Assembly (NCBI GenBank): GCA_963847445.1
Contig: CAWJZV010000024.1
Coordinates: 64,001-128,000 of the forward strand
Direction of reading: 5' to 3'
Source: an uncultured delta proteobacterium
GTDB lineage: Bacteria > Desulfobacterota > Binatia > UBA9968
Length of the DNA: 64,000 bases
The notes under the pieces were generated by a model, which was given only the letters and a program-made list of their open reading frames with translations, made no database searches and was not told the DNA's origin. The first letter of the stretch is position 1. Every line of letters starts with the position of its first letter. The translations under genes and the position numbers were made by a program. Shown one piece after another: positions 52,694 through 63,696 of the stretch.

Positions 52694-52709
52694 CGCAACG
52701 AATATGCCA
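52694..52709 (-). promoter_or_regulatory. Candidate sigma54 -24/-12 promoter for the ATP-grasp/Alpha-E/TGase operon
   Basis: Minus strand reads TGGCATATTCGTTGCG (GG-N10-GC), 73 nt upstream of ATG 52620. Confidence 0.65.
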
Positions 52710-52917
52710 TTCAAGCACCCGCGATTTGCGCTAGTTAATTGCCTGGCTTTGTGGCGAACGACCATTTTTTGGGCAATGCGCTGCCTGAGCTTTGATCAAC
52801 GATTGTCGTTGACAAAGGGTATGAAATCCGCACTCGGTGTCGCGACCGCTCCTCGCTTGATCCCGGCAGGCTGATCTTCTAAATTGAGTCTCCGTCCAAT
52901 CGACCCAGTAAAGAATC

Positions 52918-55900
52918 ATGTCTATCCACGTTGCGCTTCATCACGTCACCCATTACCACTACGACCGGCGGATCACTCTTGGACCGCAGGTTTTGCGCCT
53001 GCGTCCGGCACCGCACTGCCGCACCCGCATCTTAAGCTATTCACTGAAGATCTTGCCCAAAGAGCATTTCATTAATTGGCAGCAGGACCCGCAGGCGAAC
53101 TATTCAGCGCGTCTGGTGTTTAACCAGACGACGACTGAATTTCGTATCGAGGTCGATCTGGTCGCTGAGATGGCGGTGATCAATCCCTTCGATTTTTTTC
53201 TTGAGCCCTATGCCGAGAATTATCCGTTCGAGTACGAGTCTTGGCAACAAAATGAGCTTGCGCCATACGTCAAGCGGGAGCCGGTTACGCCGCTTTTCGA
53301 GCGTTATCTGGGGGCAATTCCGCGCGAGCCCAAGCGCTGTGTGGATTTTCTCGTCAGCTTGAACGCGCAATTGGCGCGCGACGTGCAATATTTAATTCGC
53401 CTCGAACCGGGCGTGCAAACGCCCGAAGAAACCCTCGTCAAAGGTTCGGGCTCTTGCCGAGATTCTGCTTGGCTGCTCGTCCAACTGCTGCGCCATTTGG
53501 GACTGGCGGCGCGCTTTGTCTCGGGCTACTTGATTCAACTCACCGCCGATGTGAAGTCCCTCGACGGCCCTTCCGGTCCGGAAAAGGATTTCACCGATCT
53601 GCACGCCTGGGCCGAAGTTTATCTGCCGGGCGCGGGTTGGATCGGTCTCGACCCGACCTCTGGCTTGTTCGCCGGCGAAGGTCATTTGCCGCTCGCTTGC
53701 ACGCCCGAGCCGGGATCGGCCTCGCCGGTGACCGGCGTGATCGACGAATGCAAAGTAGATTTTTCCCATGAGATGTCGGTCGCCAGGATCTGGGAAGCGC
53801 CGCGCGTCACCAAGCCCTACACCGAGGAACAGTGGCAGGCCATCGATCGACTCGGTCATGCTGTCGATGTCGACCTGACGGCAAACGATGTCAGACTCAC
53901 CATGGGCGGTGAACCGACTTTTGTCTCGATGGACGACCCAGAGGGCGAAGAATGGAGTACGGCGGCGCTCGGACCGAACAAACGACGGCTCGCAGTGGAG
54001 GTTTATCAACGCCTGCGGGCTCACTACGGCGCTCACGGCCTGGTTCATTTCGGCCAGGGCAAGTGGTATCCCGGCGAGCAACTGCCGCGCTGGTCGCTCA
54101 ATTGCTATTGGCGCGCCGACGGCGAGCCCATCTGGCGCAATGATTCGCTGATCGCCGACGAGACCCAAGCCGGCAATGCAACCGCTGAACTCGCAAGTAA
54201 GTTTCTCCAAAACGTAGCCCACCGACTGGGCTTGGACGACCAAGATATTTTCCCCGCATACGAAGACCTGTTTTACTACCTCTGGCGCGAGCGCCGCTTG
54301 CCCGCCAACGTCGATCCCTTCGATTCCCGGCTCGAAGATCCGCTCGAACGCGAGCGGCTCATGCGCATTTTCACTCAAGGCCTAAAACAGGTTGTCGGTT
54401 ATGCTCTGCCGGTGGCGCGCGATCCGCGCACAGAACGTTGGCGCAGCGGCCAGTGGTTTTTGCGCGGCGAGCGCTGCTACCTCGTTCCCGGTGACTCGGC
54501 CATGGGCTATCGGCTGCCGTTAGACTCGTTGCCGTGGACCAGCGCCAACGACTACCCCTATATTTTTCCACCGGATCCCGCCCAGCCGCTGCCGCCGCTT
54601 GCGACTCACGGGCAAATTCGCTTTCAGATTGACGCAAGTAAGCCAGTCGATAGCACCGCATTGAGGCTTGACAGCAGTGGCGCGGGGCAGCGCACTAATA
54701 CCGAGCGCGTTCCCGGCCAAGCATGAGAGCGCGCCATGGATCTCGCGCACGGCAATCTGCGCTGAAGCGAGAAGCGGCGTGCTTTACATCTTCATGCCGC
54801 CGACCGCCGCCCTGGAAGATTATCTCGAACTCGTTGCCGCCGTGGAAGCGACCGCGGAAGCGCTCAATCAGCCGGTTCTATTTGAAGGCTACGAGCCGCC
54901 GCGCGATCCGCGCCTGCCGCACTTTCGCATCACTCCCGACCCGGGCGTGATCGAGGTCAATATTCATCCTTCGTCGAGTTGGGCCGAGTCAAGCGAACAG
55001 ACGGCGTTTCTCTACGAGGCGGCGCGCCAGTCGCGTCTATCGACGGAAAAATTCATGATCGACGGCCGCCACACCGGCACCGGAGGCGGCAACCACTTCG
55101 CGCTCGGCGGCGCCACGCCGGCGGATTCGCCCTGGCTCCGGCGGCCGGATCTCTTGCGCAGCTTTCTAAGCTATTGGCATAATCATCCGTCGCTGTCTTA
55201 TCTTTTTAGCGGGCTGTTCATCGGCCCGACCTCGCAAGCACCGCGCATCGACGAAGCGCGCAACGATTCGGTCAGGGAAATTGAAGTGGCGTTCCGCGAG
55301 CTGGAGCGGCGCTTGGCTGCAAACCGCGGCGATTGCCCGCCCTGGCTGATCGACCGGCTCCTGCGCCATCTGCTCATCGACGTCACCGGCAATACCCACC
55401 GGGCCGAGTTCTGCATCGACAAACTCTACTCTCCCGACAGCGCCACCGGACGCTTGGGCTTGCTGGAGATGCGCGCCTTTGAGATGCCGCCGCACGCGCG
55501 CATGAGCCTGACGCAACAGTTGTTGATTCGAGCGCTGATCGCGCGCTTCTGGAAAACCCCATACGCGCCGCCGCGATTAGCCCGCTTGGGCATGGAACTG
55601 CACGATCGCTTTCTGCTGCCGCATTTCATTTGGCTCGATTTTACCGATGTGATCGCCGAGTTGAATCAAGCCGGTTACGGCTTCGATGCCGGCTGGTTTG
55701 CGCCGCACTTCGAATTCCGCTTTCCCAAGTACGGCGACTTTGCCGTTCGCGGTATCGAGCTGGAATTGCGCGCGGCGCTAGAACCTTGGCATGTGCTGGG
55801 CGAAGAGGGCGCCCCTGGCGGCACGGCGCGCTACGTCGACTCGTCGCTGGAAAGAGTCCAAGTCAAAGTGACTGGGCTGCCGCCCGATCGCTATACGATC

Positions 55901-56260
55901 ACCTGCAATGAAGCGGCGCTGCCGCTGCAATCGACGGGGACCGTCGGCGAATTCGTCGCCGGCGTGCGTTACCGCGCCTGGCAACCGCCATCGGCCTTGC
56001 ATCCGACCATCGGCGTGCACACGCCGCTCACCTTCGATATCGTCGACCGCTGGATGAATCGCAGCCTCGGCGGCTGTCAATATCATGTCATGCACCCTGG
56101 CGGGCGCAGCTATGAAGTCTTTCCCGTCAACGCCTTCGAAGCCGAGAGCCGCCGTCTCGAACGGTTCTTCCGCGTCGGTCACACGCCGGGGATCATGGAA
56201 ATCAGCGAGAAGCGCATCGACCCGGAGTTTCCCTTCACCCTCGATTTGCGTAAAATTTAA
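52918..56260 (+). CDS. Transglutaminase + DUF2126 (putative amidoligase) fusion protein (frameshift near 54700)
   Basis: [42 protein letters not shown]; second frame [42 protein letters not shown]. Confidence 0.92.
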
Positions 56261-56376
56261 TCTGGCGCAGGTAAAGTCAACGAGTTATTCTGTGCTGGCA
56301 ATTGGTTATTCTAGGCCTTCGGATGGCACTGCTTGATTCAACCGATTGCCGATCCAGACAGCACCATTTCTGAGTC

Positions 56377-58902
56377 ATGGCCCGTGCACGAGCATTTATG
56401 AATTACCCGCTGAACCCCGATCGTTACGATGAAGTTTTCGCAGCCCAAGGTCGGCCGCGCGGCCATTGGGCACGTTTGGCCCAAGCGGCAACGCGGGCCG
56501 GCCGCACGGCATTGTCGCACCGCGCCAGCACGATTCGCCGCGCCGTCGAGCAGGACGGCGTTACCTACAATGTCTATGGCGATCCCAAGGGAACCGACCG
56601 GCCGTGGGAAGTGGATCTATTGCCGTTCGTGATCTCGGCGCAGGAATGGCAGTTTCTTGCCAAAGGCGTAGCCCAGCGCGCGCAGTCTGCTGAATCTCGT
56701 GCTCGCCGACTTATACGGCGCTAACCGCCTGCTCGCCGAAGGGCTGATCCCGCCGGCGATTATTCACGGTCATCACAATTACCTATGGCCCTGCCGCGGC
56801 ATCGAGCCGCCGGGCGGAACTTTCCTGCACCTTTATGCTTGCGATCTCGCGCGCTCGCCCGATGGCCGTTGGTGGGTCATGGGCGATCGCACCCAAGGCC
56901 CCTCGGGGGCGGGTTATGCGGTGCAAAACCGGCTCATCGTAACGCCCTTGTACGAAAATATCTTTCGCTCCCTGGGCGTGCAAAGGTTGGCTAATTTTTT
57001 TCGCACGCTGCAGCAACAACTCGCTGCGCTCGCGCCCACCGATGGGGAAGAGCCGCTGGTCGCCCTGTTGACGGCGGGGCCGTACAACGAAACCTATTTT
57101 GAGCATGTTTTTCTGGCGCGCTATCTGGGCTTCCCGCTGGTCGAAGGATCGGATCTGACGGTGCGCGACAACCGGGTCTATCTGAAAACATTGCAAGGAT
57201 TGAAGCTCGTCCACGGGCTCTTGCGCCGTCTCGACGACGAGTACTGCGATCCGGCCACCTTGCGCACCGACTCGGCCCTCGGCGTCGCCGGCCTGATCTC
57301 GGCAGCGCGCGCGGGCAATGTGCTGATCGCCAATGCGCTGGGCTCCGGCGTTCTCGAATCGCCGGGGTTGCTCGGCTTTTTGCCGGCGATTTGCGAGAGC
57401 CTGCTCGGCGAGCGGCTGGCCTTGCCGTCGGTGGCGACCTGGTGGTGCGGCGAAGCGCCGGCGCTCAAGCACGCGATCGACCATCTCCCCGAGCTGGTCA
57501 TCAAGCCGGTCTTCCCTTCGATGAAAATCGAACCGACTTTCGGCCACGACCTCGATAGCGCCGCGCGCGCAGCCATGGTGGAGCGGCTGCGCGCCACGCC
57601 CCACGCATTCGTCGCTCAGGAATGGGTGCAGGCTCTCCCAGGCACCCACCTGGTCGAACGAGACTCAGCAGTTCGAACCGCAGGGTCGTCGGCTTGCGCC
57701 TTTATGCGACCGCCAAAGGCGATGGCTATGAAGTCATGCCCGGCGGGCTCGCCCGCGTCGCTCCCGAATCGGCCGTCGAAGTCGTTACCATACAGCGCGG
57801 CGGTTCGAGCAAAGACGTCTGGGTACTCGGCGACGACGCTACGCCGTGGCAATCGCTGCTGGTGCCGCGGCTCGGCGCCCGCAATATTGTCCGCGGCGGT
57901 TTTTATTCGCCTTCGCGAGCGGTGGAAAATCTGTTTTGGATGGGGCGCTACACGGAGCGTGTGGAAAACGTCGGACGCTTGTTGCGCGCCGTCGGTCAAC
58001 GACTCGCCGAAAGCGATCCCGCGCATTTGGCGACGCTCAAAGTGCTGACTCGGTTGTCGGACAAAGCGCGCTTGCGCGAACCGAGTGAAAACGCGAGTTC
58101 GTTAACACCGGCCGCAAAAAAATTGCCGGTCAGCTTAGGCCCGGAGTGGGTGATTGCCGCGACCGGGGACCCCAAGGTTCTCAACGGCGTCCCGGCCAAC
58201 ACCGCGCGCCTGCTCTTCTGCGCGACCCAACTGCGGGAACGCATGTCGCTCGATCATTGGCGCACCGTACAGCGGCTCGCTCATGTCCACGAGCCTACGC
58301 CGCAAAGCCTGGAAGCATCGTTGGCGATTCTCGACCGGATCATTCCCGCCTGCACGGCTCTGGCGGGCTACGCCCTTGACGATATGACCCGGGATGACGC
58401 CTGGCGCTTTCTGGTGATAGGACGAGATTTGGAGCGCATGGCATTTCTCAGCTCGGCGGCGATGCAGGTGCTCGGGCTGCCGGACGAAGATAGCGATACC
58501 GTGCTCGGCGCGTTATTGGAAATCGGCAACGTCAGCATGACCTACCGGGCGCGCTACCAGCGCCATCCCGAATTGATACCGGTACTCGATCTGTTGGTGC
58601 TCGACGAATCGAACCCGCACTCGGTCTGTTTTCAGTTGGCGGCGCTCTACAACCATCTGAATCAAATCTGGGCACAGCTGGGATTCCGGCCGGTCAACGA
58701 TCCCGCGTCGCTGCTGCAGGCGCTCAGAGAATTCGATCTGGTTGAGTTGGAAGGTCAGCGCATGTCCCAAGATAAACCGGGCGAACCGCTCGCCGCTCTG
58801 CTGACCGCTTGCGAAAGCTGCGTCTACGGCCTGTCCGATGAGCTTACCCAACGTTTTTTTATTCACGCCGGCGAGCACCCGCAGACGAGCGTGGCGGCAT
58901 GA
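56377..58902 (+). CDS. Circularly permuted ATP-grasp + Alpha-E fusion protein (frameshifts near 56685 and 57635-57680)
   Basis: GVTYNVY, RPWEVDLLP, DRTQGPSGAGY, RRLDDEYCDP, MPGGLARV, SKDVWV, SRAVENLFWMGRYTER, GRDLER. Confidence 0.9.
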
Positions 58903-59871
58903 GTCAAAACAGCGCGCGCCGTTATCGAGTCGAACACCACACCGCCTACCGGTACTCGGAGCCTGTGATGCTGTCGCACCAGCAGCTCCACTTGACGCCG
59001 CGGGCCTTGGACTACCAACCGATCCAGGCCCATGAAGTCGTCATCAAACCAGCGCCGACACAACAGCGCAAAATAATCGATGCCTTTGGCAATCCGGTGA
59101 TCGAGATCGCCATCGAAGCGGCGCACGCCAGCTTGGATGTCATCGCCCACTCCACCGTCACCGTCACCAAACGGCCTTTTATCGATCCAGAGGAAACGCC
59201 CTCCTGGGAGACCGTTCACGACGCCCTCGCTTATCGCGCTGCTCTGGCATCCTGAGCCGGCGATCCTCGAAGCCACACAGTTTCTCTTCGAATCCGCCTA
59301 CGCCCGGGTGAAACGCACTCTCAGGGCCTATGCCGGCGATTGTTTTGAACCGGGCCGGCCGATTTTAGCGGCCGCGGCGGCACTGATGGCGAAAATTCAC
59401 GGCGAGTTTAAATTCGATGCGGCAGCGACCAACGTGACGACACCGGTGATGGAATTTTTCGAACAGAAGCGCGGTGTCTGCCAAGACTTTACCCATTTGA
59501 TGATCTCGTGTTTGCGTTCAACCGGGCTGGCGGCGCGTTACGTGAGCGGCTACTTGCTCACGCGCCCGGCGCCCGGCAAGCCGCGACGCGTCGGCGCCGA
59601 CGTTTCCCACGCGTGGGTATCTCTATGCATCCCTGGCGTCGGTTGGGTTGACCTCGACCCGACCAACAATATTATGCCGTCGTTGGAGCATATTACGCTC
59701 GGATGGGGCCGCGACTTCGCCGACGTGACGCCATTGCGCGGCGTGATCAACGGCGGCGGCGAGCCAACCTTGGAAGTTAAGGTGACCGTCGAGCCCGTCG
59801 TAGGGGCGCAATTCATTGCGTCCAACTCGGGGCGCGCAGCTTCACTGGTCGCCGCTTGGTTACACCGCTAA
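58899..59871 (+). CDS. Transglutaminase-like protein (frameshift near 59240)
   Basis: YRVEHHTAYRY, DAFGN; GVCQDFTH, ARYVSGY, SHAWVS, DPTNN, GRDFADVTPLRG. Confidence 0.9.
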
Positions 59872-59877
59872 TCCGCT

Positions 59878-60627
59878 CTATGCGGTTAACGTCAGCAGAA
59901 CATCCGCATACCAGGCGCAGTTGAGATTCAACCGCTCGTCCTCATCAATATCGCGGTTGGCCACGTCCATGCGCGCCGAGTGGACGCCAAGCAGCGTCCA
60001 GGCGAGGTCGCCGCGACCGGAACGGTCAGTGGTAACGCGGGTGACCACCGGCGCGCCGCTGGTGCCGCGATGCATCCTGGCATCGGTCAGAAAATAGCCT
60101 TGTCCCTGAAAACGAATGCCGAACGCCGAGGCGATGCCCGCGTGGCGCGCCACCGGCAGGTGATGCAAATTGTCGTGAAACCCCAATGGGAAGCCGACGA
60201 TCAGCACCGGAGTGCCCACTTCGATCTGATCCAACTCAGCGACCAGATGCTCGGGTGTAAACGGCGCGAGAAGGACCGTCTCAGGGAGAGCCGGTCGGTG
60301 AATTTCCACAGCGACGACGTCAACACTGCCGCCGGAATCGACGCCTTGGCGCCACAGCGCTTGGGTTCCTCCATAAAGCGGAATCGACCACTGAATCACA
60401 TTGCCAATGTTTTGCTCATCGACGTGAAGCTCGATGGTAAGCCGGTCCGGCCGGTGATTACTGGCTTCCTCGATCACGACGTGCCGGCTGGTCACTAAAA
60501 ATAACCGGCTATCGCGCTCGAAAAAAAATCCGGTGGCGCCGGTGAGCGGCTGGTCACCCGACATCGTCGAAACCCGAGTTACCGCCAATAGCAAAGATTC
60601 AATCAAGTTGCGCTCCCGAAAACTCAA
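59878..60627 (-). CDS. Trypsin-like serine protease (Trypsin_2)
   Basis: ATGFF, LVTSRHVV (His), VDVVAV (Asp), GFPLG, HRGTSGAPV (Ser). Confidence 0.85.
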   Translation of the reverse strand: MSFRERNLIESLLLAVTRVSTMSGDQPLTGATGFFFERDSRLFLVTSRHVVIEEASNHRPDRLTIELHVDEQNIGNVIQWSIPLYGGTQALWRQGVDSGGSVDVVAVEIHRPALPETVLLAPFTPEHLVAELDQIEVGTPVLIVGFPLGFHDNLHHLPVARHAGIASAFGIRFQGQGYFLTDARMHRGTSGAPVVTRVTTDRSGRGDLAWTLLGVHSARMDVANRDIDEDERLNLNCAWYADVLLTLTA

Positions 60628-60666
60628 TAGGCGGAGGTGAATATTCCCATCAATGGCCGGTAAAAC

Positions 60667-60732
60667 CTATTCCTTGTACACCGCGTCGATGAAGGCGCTT
60701 TTTTCCAATTCGTCAACCAGCGATCCATCCAC
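60667..60732 (-). pseudogene. 3' remnant of an NMT1/SsuA-like SBP gene
   Basis: VDGSLVDELEKSAFIDAVYKE-stop, no start; abuts the REP at 60741-60766. Confidence 0.7.
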
Positions 60733-60843
60733 CAACCAAGAGGGCGGGTTTCAAACCCGCCCCTACGACTCCCGAATTTTTTTTTGCGTCCTTTGCGTTC
60801 TTTGCGGCCATTCTTCTTTTCGGTTCGTGGTGATGCGTAAAAC

Positions 60844-61839
60844 TCACTGCAAGCGCGCGAAGAAGCCGCTATCTTCTAATTTTTTGCACAGACTCATGTC
60901 GGCGATATCTTCCGGCTTGAGCTCCGCGGCTTTCGGGTTGATGCCATGTTGGGCCATCAGTTTTAACACCGAGGCGATACCCGCAAGGCTCGGGCATGGT
61001 TTGCGCGGAATAACTTCTGCGATGGCGCGATAGGCGCTCTCCAAGCGGTCAGGCCGATCGAGCCGCAAATTGCGCGCGATGCTATCGACGACGGCCTTTT
61101 TATTCGCCGGATTTTGCACGAACGCCACACCCTCGACGACCGCCTTGGCGAGATTTTCCACGATCAGCGGATGGCTGCGCAGGTATTTACGGGAGGTCAC
61201 CAAACCCGATGCCTGGTACGGCACGTTCGCCTTGCCAAGATCGAACAACATTGGAAAACCCTGCTGAAGCACGACCTGCTCGACCTCAGGATTGAAAAAC
61301 GCCGCGTCGATAGCGCCGGCAAACAGCGAGCTCATGCGCTCGGGAGTGCTGCCGGTATTCAACAGCGTGATGCGGTCGCGCCGCGGCACCAATCCCAGAT
61401 GGTCCAGGCCAACGTAGGTGGCCATCGCCAGCGATCCAGAAGGTGTGCCGATGCCAACCTTCTTGCCCTTCAGATCTTCGGCGCTCTTGATGCCCGGACG
61501 CACGTTCAAAAAGTAATTCAGTTTGTCTTCCATGCCGAGCAGCATCGTCATATCGCCGCCCGCGGTAACGGCATTGGTCACGTGAGAGGCGCCGAGCAGA
61601 CCGAACTGAATATCGCCGGCGATCATCGACTGCATCGCCCGGCCGGCGATGATGAAAATCAACTGCGGATCGAGATTGTACTTGCGAAAGATCCCTTGCT
61701 CCTTGGCAATCCACAGCGGCATCGCATTGCCGCCGATGGCGCCGTAAGCGAAGAGAAATTTAACCGGCGGCTCCGCCGCATGGACGGCGCCGGCTATCAG
61801 AAACGAAAGCAAAATCATCGTCGACTTGAGTTGTTTCAT
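60844..61839 (-). CDS. NMT1/SsuA-like ABC substrate-binding protein
   Basis: PLWIAKEQGIFRKYNLD, DLKGKKVGIG, LEDSGFF. Confidence 0.9.
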   Translation of the reverse strand: MKQLKSTMILLSFLIAGAVHAAEPPVKFLFAYGAIGGNAMPLWIAKEQGIFRKYNLDPQLIFIIAGRAMQSMIAGDIQFGLLGASHVTNAVTAGGDMTMLLGMEDKLNYFLNVRPGIKSAEDLKGKKVGIGTPSGSLAMATYVGLDHLGLVPRRDRITLLNTGSTPERMSSLFAGAIDAAFFNPEVEQVVLQQGFPMLFDLGKANVPYQASGLVTSRKYLRSHPLIVENLAKAVVEGVAFVQNPANKKAVVDSIARNLRLDRPDRLESAYRAIAEVIPRKPCPSLAGIASVLKLMAQHGINPKAAELKPEDIADMSLCKKLEDSGFFARLQ

Positions 61840-61864
61840 TGACGCACTCCGAATCCGAAACGGC

Positions 61865-61898
61865 TTGAACTTTTTGAACGACTGGAACGGCTTGAACG
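61865..61898. repeat. TTGAAC x4 half-element
   Basis: 9-nt periodic TTGAAC/TGGAAC. Confidence 0.7.
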
Positions 61899-61902
61899 AG
61901 TT

Positions 61903-62601
61903 TTAGGCTTTCTTCCGCCGGCCCTGGCCAAACAAAATTTTCTTGCCTTCCTCGGTCATGCCCGCCGAGCCGACGTTGATTGTCTTGGCGATCTCGTAGG
62001 CGCGCACCACCGCGGGGCGTTTTTGAATCGTCTCAAACCAGCGCTTCAAGTTGGCGAAGTCGTTCAAGTCCTGCCCCTGGCGCTCGTGCAAAACGATCCA
62101 AGGATAACAAGCGATGTCGGCGATGGAATAAGCGCCGGCGACGAATTCACGATCTTCCAGGCGCTCATCGAGCACGCCGTAGAGCCGCTCGGTTTCTTTG
62201 GTATAGCGCTCGATGGCGTAAGCGATTTTCTCGGCCGAATAACCGCGAAAATGATGATTCTGGCCGAGCATCGGCCCGAGCCCGCCCATTTGCCAAAACA
62301 ACCACTGCATCACCTCGGCGCGCCCACGCACATCGCGCGGTAGATATTTGCCGCACTTGTCCGCGAGATATTCGAGAATCGCCCCGGACTCGAAAATACT
62401 CAGAGGCCCGCCGCCGCCCGTCGGCTCATGATCGACCATCGCCGGAATCCGATTGTTCGGCGAGATTTTTAAGAACTCGGGCGCGAATTGCTCGCCCTTG
62501 CCGATATTGATCGGTTTAATCGAGTAAGGCAGCCCCGTCTCTTCCAAAAAAATTGTAATCTTGTGTCCATTCGGGGTCGTCCAGTAGTAGAGATCGATCA
62601 T
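61903..62601 (-). CDS. yfcG: Glutathione S-transferase, YfcG/Nu class (GSH-dependent disulfide reductase)
   Basis: MIDLYYWTTPNGHKI, ISPNNRIPA, FESGAIL, QWLFWQMGGLGPMLGQNHHF. Confidence 0.88.
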   Translation of the reverse strand: MIDLYYWTTPNGHKITIFLEETGLPYSIKPINIGKGEQFAPEFLKISPNNRIPAMVDHEPTGGGGPLSIFESGAILEYLADKCGKYLPRDVRGRAEVMQWLFWQMGGLGPMLGQNHHFRGYSAEKIAYAIERYTKETERLYGVLDERLEDREFVAGAYSIADIACYPWIVLHERQGQDLNDFANLKRWFETIQKRPAVVRAYEIAKTINVGSAGMTEEGKKILFGQGRRKKA

Positions 62602-62640
62602 TGAAACCTCCAAAGGGATGTGCAGCTTGGTGCTCCTCGC

Positions 62641-63648
62641 CTACTTTCCATATACCCGGTCGATGAATCCTTCTTTTTCGAGCTCGCGCACGACGCTGTC
62701 GTCGATCAAACTGTCAACGGTAACTTTGCTGCCGGGCGTTTGCTTCAAGGCGTCGTCGAGCTGAATCTTCATGCCCTCGCGACTCGTGTAGGGCACGCGT
62801 TCGAGGATCTTCGCTGTGGAATCGTAGGAGCTGTCGAGATATGCCTTGTTGGCGGTGCGCTGATATTTGGCGACGATCTTCTGCGCGCCCTCCTTGTTGG
62901 TCTTGAAGTAATGCGATCCTTCGATCAGCGCCATCATCACTCTTTTCACGATCGGCCGGTTCTTCGCCAGGTAGCTTTTAGTTGTCACCGCGCAGATGAA
63001 CGGCAATGGGTACGGTTTCTTCAGATCCGCCATGTTGGCAAGGATGCGATAGGGAACGCCAGAGGGAGTAAGATGCACGTTGCCCGGAGGCGATGGAAAT
63101 CCCGCGATCACTCCGCGGCTGAACCCTGCGGCCCGCTCCGCCGCCCCGCCGACCTGCAATATTTTTACATCGTCCATCGGCCGCAGCCCCATTCCTCTCA
63201 GCAACTCCCGCGCGGCGACGTCGGAAACGCTGCCGAAACGGCTGATGCCGATGGATTTTCCCTTGAGGTCTTCCGGCGACTTGATGCTGTCGAGTACAAC
63301 CAACTCGTAAGCCAAAACATTGATCATGCAACCGACGCTGACCGTATCGGCGCCGCGCACGTTGGCATTGGCCACACCGCTGCCGGCCGCGTTGCCGATC
63401 GAGATATCCTGAGCCACGATCGCCGAGATACCGACCGTCGTGCTGCCGATATAAACCATGTCGACATCGAGTCCGTTCTTTTTGTAGAACCCGGTCTCAA
63501 GTGGAATCGTCCACAATTGATTCAGCGTATCCGTGGAACTGTAGGCGATCCGAATCTTATCCTGCGCCTGCGCAGCACTGGCCGAGATCATCAGCAGGAC
63601 CGAAAGAGAATAAAAAATATTGCGCCAGCGACAACTGAAATCGTTCAT
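62641..63648 (-). CDS. NMT1/SsuA-like ABC substrate-binding protein
   Basis: GFYKKNGLDVD, DLKGKSIGISRFGSVSD, DDSVVRELEKEGFID. Confidence 0.9.
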   Translation of the reverse strand: MNDFSCRWRNIFYSLSVLLMISASAAQAQDKIRIAYSSTDTLNQLWTIPLETGFYKKNGLDVDMVYIGSTTVGISAIVAQDISIGNAAGSGVANANVRGADTVSVGCMINVLAYELVVLDSIKSPEDLKGKSIGISRFGSVSDVAARELLRGMGLRPMDDVKILQVGGAAERAAGFSRGVIAGFPSPPGNVHLTPSGVPYRILANMADLKKPYPLPFICAVTTKSYLAKNRPIVKRVMMALIEGSHYFKTNKEGAQKIVAKYQRTANKAYLDSSYDSTAKILERVPYTSREGMKIQLDDALKQTPGSKVTVDSLIDDSVVRELEKEGFIDRVYGK

Positions 63649-63696
63649 AGTCCCTCCGTTATTTCCCTGTCATACTCACGCCTCTCGCCTCAAGCC

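Noticed and set aside
59251-59255. TGA in the transglutaminase as a third Sec codon
   Set aside because: Homology continues in a different frame, so this is a frameshift; not a Cys position
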